The translations under genes and the position numbers were made by a program. A stretch of 50,623 nucleotides of DNA from Thermoanaerobaculia bacterium (GTDB lineage: Bacteria; Acidobacteriota; Thermoanaerobaculia; Multivoradales; UBA5704). The number at the start of each line of letters is the position of its first letter. The first letter of the stretch is position 1. A model generated the notes under the pieces. The model saw only the letters and a list, made by a program, of their open reading frames with translations. It had not been told where the DNA came from and did not search any database. This document shows positions 45,214 through 50,623 of this stretch, piece by piece. The stretch lies in the NCBI GenBank assembly GCA_044226625.1, contig JBGAGQ010000049.1, positions 1 to 50,623 of the forward strand, given 5' to 3'.

Positions 45214-45407
45214 GGAATCGGCGCCGGCGGCCCCTGCGGGAAGGGATACATCAGCCACGCGATCGCGAGGCCTCCGAGCACCATGCCGAGGAAGAGCTGC
45301 AGGAACAGTCGGATCTGGGCGCTCCGTTCGCGCCGCCAGAGCAGACAGAAGAAGACGCTCACGATCAGAGCGAAGACCACCATCAGAAAGAAGTGGCTGA
45401 TCACCAT
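45210..45407 (-). CDS. Small two-TM membrane protein
   Basis: 65 aa with two hydrophobic helices. Stop overlaps the lpxB ATG. Confidence 0.75.
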   Translation of the reverse strand: MVISHFFLMVVFALIVSVFFCLLWRRERSAQIRLFLQLFLGMVLGGLAIAWLMYPFPQGPPAPIP

Positions 45408-45420
45408 GGTCGGCGCCCCC

Positions 45421-45831
45421 TCAGTCCTTCTTGCCCCGCGCGATGTCCCACGCGTCGAAGATGAGCAACAGGTTCATCAGGCCGGCGGTGAGCAGGAACG
45501 CCGTGCCGTATTCGTAGCCCGCGCCGCGGAGATTCCCTTCGTAATGCGTGACGTAGCGCAGGGCACCGTAGACCGAGCCCGCTCCGGCCTCGCCGATCGT
45601 GCCGAGAACCGACAGCGGCTCCCCGGGCACCGGCCGATAGAGCTGGCCTTCGAGCTTGAGCCCCAAGAACGCCGAGACGGCGACCAGGGCGAAGAAAGCG
45701 AGCCCCCGGTGCCAACGCTTCAAGAAGAGATGTCCGCCTCCGGGCAACAACCAGGCGATGACGGCGGCGGTGATCGCCGTGCCGGTTCCAAGGTCCGGCC
45801 CTGGAGTTGCGGGAGTTTCGGTTTCCGTCAC
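45421..45831 (-). CDS. Membrane protein (DUF6677-like)
   Basis: Strings AWLLPGGGH and YEYG..F...AGLMNLL..FDA. AAGGAG RBS before the GTG. Confidence 0.75.
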   Translation of the reverse strand: MTETETPATPGPDLGTGTAITAAVIAWLLPGGGHLFLKRWHRGLAFFALVAVSAFLGLKLEGQLYRPVPGEPLSVLGTIGEAGAGSVYGALRYVTHYEGNLRGAGYEYGTAFLLTAGLMNLLLIFDAWDIARGKKD

Positions 45832-45961
45832 TCGTGCTCCTTAGCGCGCGGGGCGCGCGAGCATCCATCGTTCGCCCGTCGAACCGCGGACCTTCGGCGG
45901 ACGCGGCCCTACGTCCCGAGTCCGGAGCACACCTCTCTCCGGCTCGGCAGGCGGCCGGGCC

Positions 45962-46243
45962 CTAGACCTCGTCGTTGAGCAGCTCGCGCAGCTCCTTGCC
46001 GGGTTTGAAATAGGGGATCCGCTTCGGCGGCACGTCGACCTTGTCGCCGGTCTTCGGATTGCGCCCCGTGCGCGCTCCGCGATGGCGAATGCGGAAGCTG
46101 CCGAAGCCCCGTAGCTCGATCTTCTCGCCCGACTTGAGCGACAGGACGATGCTGTCGAAGACCTCGTTGACGATGATTTCCGCTTGTTTCTTGGTCAGCT
46201 GCGTCGTTCGGGCGACTTCTTCGACCAGCTCGGCTTTGGTCAT
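45962..46243 (-). CDS. ihfB: Integration host factor beta / HU-family DNA-binding protein
   Basis: Motifs MTKAEL, IELRGFGSF, GRNPKTG and FKPGKEL. Downstream of rpsA. Confidence 0.85.
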   Translation of the reverse strand: MTKAELVEEVARTTQLTKKQAEIIVNEVFDSIVLSLKSGEKIELRGFGSFRIRHRGARTGRNPKTGDKVDVPPKRIPYFKPGKELRELLNDEV

Positions 46244-46298
46244 TCCGTCTCGTGCGAACACCGTCGACCCCCGATACCTGAGATCCCTGCCAGAGATG

Positions 46299-46328
46299 AA
46301 AACGGCGGCCCCCCTCGGAGCCGCCGTT
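46299..46328 (-). terminator. Intrinsic terminator between rpsA and ihfB
   Basis: Stem AACGGCGGC/GCCGCCGTT ending in a short T run on the minus strand. Confidence 0.65.
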
Positions 46329-46344
46329 CGAGCCTATCGCAAAA

Positions 46345-48177
<1,833 letters not shown>

Positions 48178-48338
48178 AAAGGGTGCTACCTCCTTGATAT
48201 TTGGATTCAGGCGGAAGCGGCGCGCCTGTTGAGGCCCGGATGGGGGCGCCGAGCTCAACGGAAATCTAACTCGTTGGAATCTCGGGTCGCCGAGTATAGG
48301 TGCCCGAATGCGCAGGTGTCAATGTGGCGCGGCGTGGC

Positions 48339-49721
48339 CTAGGGACGGGCGTCCCTTTTTTTCCGGGCTCCGAATCGTTTCGACAGCCAAAACGCCGGCA
48401 CGCCGGCCGCGATCACCAAGGTGGCGCGCACCGCGTTCGGCGGATCCGCCACGAAGAGGTTGACGACGATCGCCGCACCGGCCGCGACGAACGCCGCGGG
48501 AATCCACGGATAACCCGGCGAGGCGAACGGCCGGGCCGCGTCCGGCATTTTCTTGCGTAAGGCGAACAGCGCGATCCCCGAGGCGGAGAACAGCACCCAG
48601 TCGGCGAACACCGCGTAGTTGAGCAGCCGCTCGTAGGCGCCGGTCGTCGCGAGCAGGGCCGCGAAACCGGCCTGGAGAAGGATCGCCGCGGTCGGGGCGC
48701 GGAAACGCGGGTTGAGCACCGCGAAGCGCTCGGGCAGGAGCCCGTCGGCGGCCATCGCGTAATAGACCCGCGGCGCGGACAGGAGCGCGAGGTTCAGGAA
48801 TCCGAACGTCGAGACGACGACCAGCAAGGAGATGGTGCGCGCACCCGGCTCGCCGAACAGCCGGGCCGCGGCGTCGGCCGCGGGGGTGCGGCTCGCGGCC
48901 AGGGCGGGCGCCCCCAGGAGGTGAAGGTAGGCGAGGTTCGCACCCAGGTAGATCAGGATGACGCAGACGACGCCCCACAGGATCGCGCGCGGCAGATTGC
49001 GCTCGGGCTCGCGCACCTCTTCCGCAATGTAGTTGACGTTCTGCCAGCCACCGTAGGCGAACATGGCCGGCGCGAGCGCGGCCAGGAACACCGAAAGGAG
49101 ACCGAACCCGCCTCGCGCCGCGAGGATCTCCTGCGGCAAGGCCGGCCGCCACTCGATCGCCGAGGTCGGCGCGAGCGCGAAGGCGGCGAAGATCAACGCG
49201 GCGAGCGCGAGCATCTTGGCGAGCGTTACCACGTTCAGCAGCACCGCCCCCGGCTTGATCCCCAGAGCGTGGAACGCCCCGAGCCCGACGAGGACCGCCA
49301 CCGCGACCGGCACGGTCGAACCCGCGGGCAGCCCGGCAAGGCGCACCAGATAGTCGGCGAACGCCACCGCCACCGCCGCGGTCGCCCCCGACTGGACGAT
49401 CCACAGCATCGACCAGCCGTGCAGGAACGCGGCAAGCGGGTGGAACGCCTCGCGAAAGAAGGCGTACTGGCCGCCGACCTTGGGTACCACGGTCGAAAGC
49501 TCCGCGAAGACGAACGCACCGCAGAGCGCGATCAGACCGCCGACCGCCCAGACGCCGAGGATCAGGACCGGCGTCTTCACCAGCCCGGCGACGACGTAAG
49601 GGTTCACGAAGATGCCTGAGCCGACGATGCCGCTGATCACGATGATCGCCGCATCCCACGGTCCCAGCCGCCGCGCGAACGAGACGCGCTCCGGGGCGGT
49701 CGGATTCGCCGCGTCGCTCAC
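48339..49721 (-). CDS. APC-family amino acid permease
   Basis: Motifs IVGSGIF, GGQY, FAYGGW and EEVREPERNLP, with about 12 TM segments. GTG start overlaps the upstream TGA. Confidence 0.92.
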   Translation of the reverse strand: MSDAANPTAPERVSFARRLGPWDAAIIVISGIVGSGIFVNPYVVAGLVKTPVLILGVWAVGGLIALCGAFVFAELSTVVPKVGGQYAFFREAFHPLAAFLHGWSMLWIVQSGATAAVAVAFADYLVRLAGLPAGSTVPVAVAVLVGLGAFHALGIKPGAVLLNVVTLAKMLALAALIFAAFALAPTSAIEWRPALPQEILAARGGFGLLSVFLAALAPAMFAYGGWQNVNYIAEEVREPERNLPRAILWGVVCVILIYLGANLAYLHLLGAPALAASRTPAADAAARLFGEPGARTISLLVVVSTFGFLNLALLSAPRVYYAMAADGLLPERFAVLNPRFRAPTAAILLQAGFAALLATTGAYERLLNYAVFADWVLFSASGIALFALRKKMPDAARPFASPGYPWIPAAFVAAGAAIVVNLFVADPPNAVRATLVIAAGVPAFWLSKRFGARKKRDARP

Positions 49722-50179
49722 GAGGCCTCCTCGACAGAATCCTCGGCCGAGCCTTCCGCCGGCCCGGCGAACGGCCGCGCTTTCCTGAGCGCGGCGGCGA
49801 GCTTCGCCGCGTCGAACCGGCGCGCGATCGTGGCCGAGACGACGCGATAGCCTTCCGCGTCGCGCTCGAGGCTCGGCATCTCGATTTCTCCTCCACGCAC
49901 GAGGACCAGCGCGCAACCCCGGAAGTGCTCGCGCAGGAGATCGTCCAGGACGGGCGCGCCGCGCAGCGGCTTGACCGCCACCGTCCGCCCCGCGCTTGCA
50001 GCGACCGCGCGCAGGGCTCCCCTCTCCGCCGCGTCCGCCAGGCTTGGCGGAACCGGCTCGGGAACGCCCGCTTCGAGCTCGAGCCAGCCGATCCGGAGGC
50101 CCTCCGCTCGCGCGGCGGCGAAAAGAGGCGAAAGCTCGGCGGCGCCCGCCTCGACGCGCAAGAGGTGCGGCTTCTTCAT
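49718..50179 (-). CDS. Hypothetical protein, possibly a degenerate MobB-like fold
   Basis: ATG 50179. The strings GLRIGW..., GA..AV..S and LL...F....LVLV.G echo MobB, but there is no Walker A. Confidence 0.6.
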   Translation of the reverse strand: MKKPHLLRVEAGAAELSPLFAAARAEGLRIGWLELEAGVPEPVPPSLADAAERGALRAVAASAGRTVAVKPLRGAPVLDDLLREHFRGCALVLVRGGEIEMPSLERDAEGYRVVSATIARRFDAAKLAAALRKARPFAGPAEGSAEDSVEEAS

Positions 50180-50405
50180 CGTTCGAAGGAGATCCTCGGG
50201 CCGGTCCGTTTGACCCCGATCGCGGCCCTGGTTGTGGCCCCTGTGGGGGCTCCGTTCGTTTCGTCGACGTGCCGAGCATAACGCGACCCGCCCCCCGGGG
50301 CGGGGCTCGCGCCCACCCCAATTCGAGCGGAGCACCGCCCGTTCGCCCGTGTCCGCCCCGCTCGCGGAGGCCTACCCTGCAATCGAGGACGAAAAGGAGC
50401 CACCC

Positions 50406-50623
50406 ATGTTGGAATTCCAGAAGCAGGCGCTCGGCGGCGGCGACCCGGAACCCTGGACCCCGAACGTGGACGTCCACGAGAAGAACGGCGAGCTGATCGT
50501 CGCGGCGGAATTGCAGGACTTTGCGATGCGCGACGTGCACATCGCGATCGACCATGGCGACCTGGTCTTCGACGGCGACGGTTGGGACGAAACCGATCCC
50601 GGCCGCGAGCGGTACGAGCACCT
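50406..50623 (+). CDS. Hsp20/alpha-crystallin family protein (3' truncated by the window edge)
   Basis: AAGGAG RBS. Translated by hand as MLEFQKQ...WTPNVDVHEKNGELIVAAEL...DVHIAIDHGDLVF, matching the sHSP pattern P.VDV.E...V.AEL. Not in the ORF track. Confidence 0.7.
   Translation, partial: MLEFQKQALGGGDPEPWTPNVDVHEKNGELIVAAELQDFAMRDVHIAIDHGDLVFDGDGWDETDPGRERYEH

Overview
This is a high-GC bacterial chromosomal segment from a diderm organism (lpxB and msbA are present). The gene content suggests Acidobacteriota, possibly Thermoanaerobaculia; this is inference. Most of the window is housekeeping and envelope genes: cdaA-cdaR-glmM, a Spy/CpxP gene with an OmpR-type two-component system, uvrB, PBP1A, namZ, moaC, an M1 peptidase, ppk2, lpxB-msbA and rpsA-ihfB. 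The main accessory block (8543-22932, minus strand) is a class 1 DISARM-type anti-phage operon (drmD, drmMI, drmA, drmB). It has no drmC. An ABC-ATPase plus TOPRIM (DUF3226-like) gene pair is translationally coupled between drmMI and drmA, and the operon starts 8 bp after the uvrB stop. Other unexplained structure: a roughly 20-copy tandem array of a 20-bp unit with the palindromic core GGAAGT-G-ACTTCC; a lower-GC islet with an uncalled 56-aa amphipathic peptide gene and a long hairpin, resembling a type I toxin-antitoxin locus; a 21/42-bp degenerate repeat; a recurring TTACATC-N2-TKACA motif; and several apparently leaderless promoters. All family assignments come from motif recognition by eye, not database searches.
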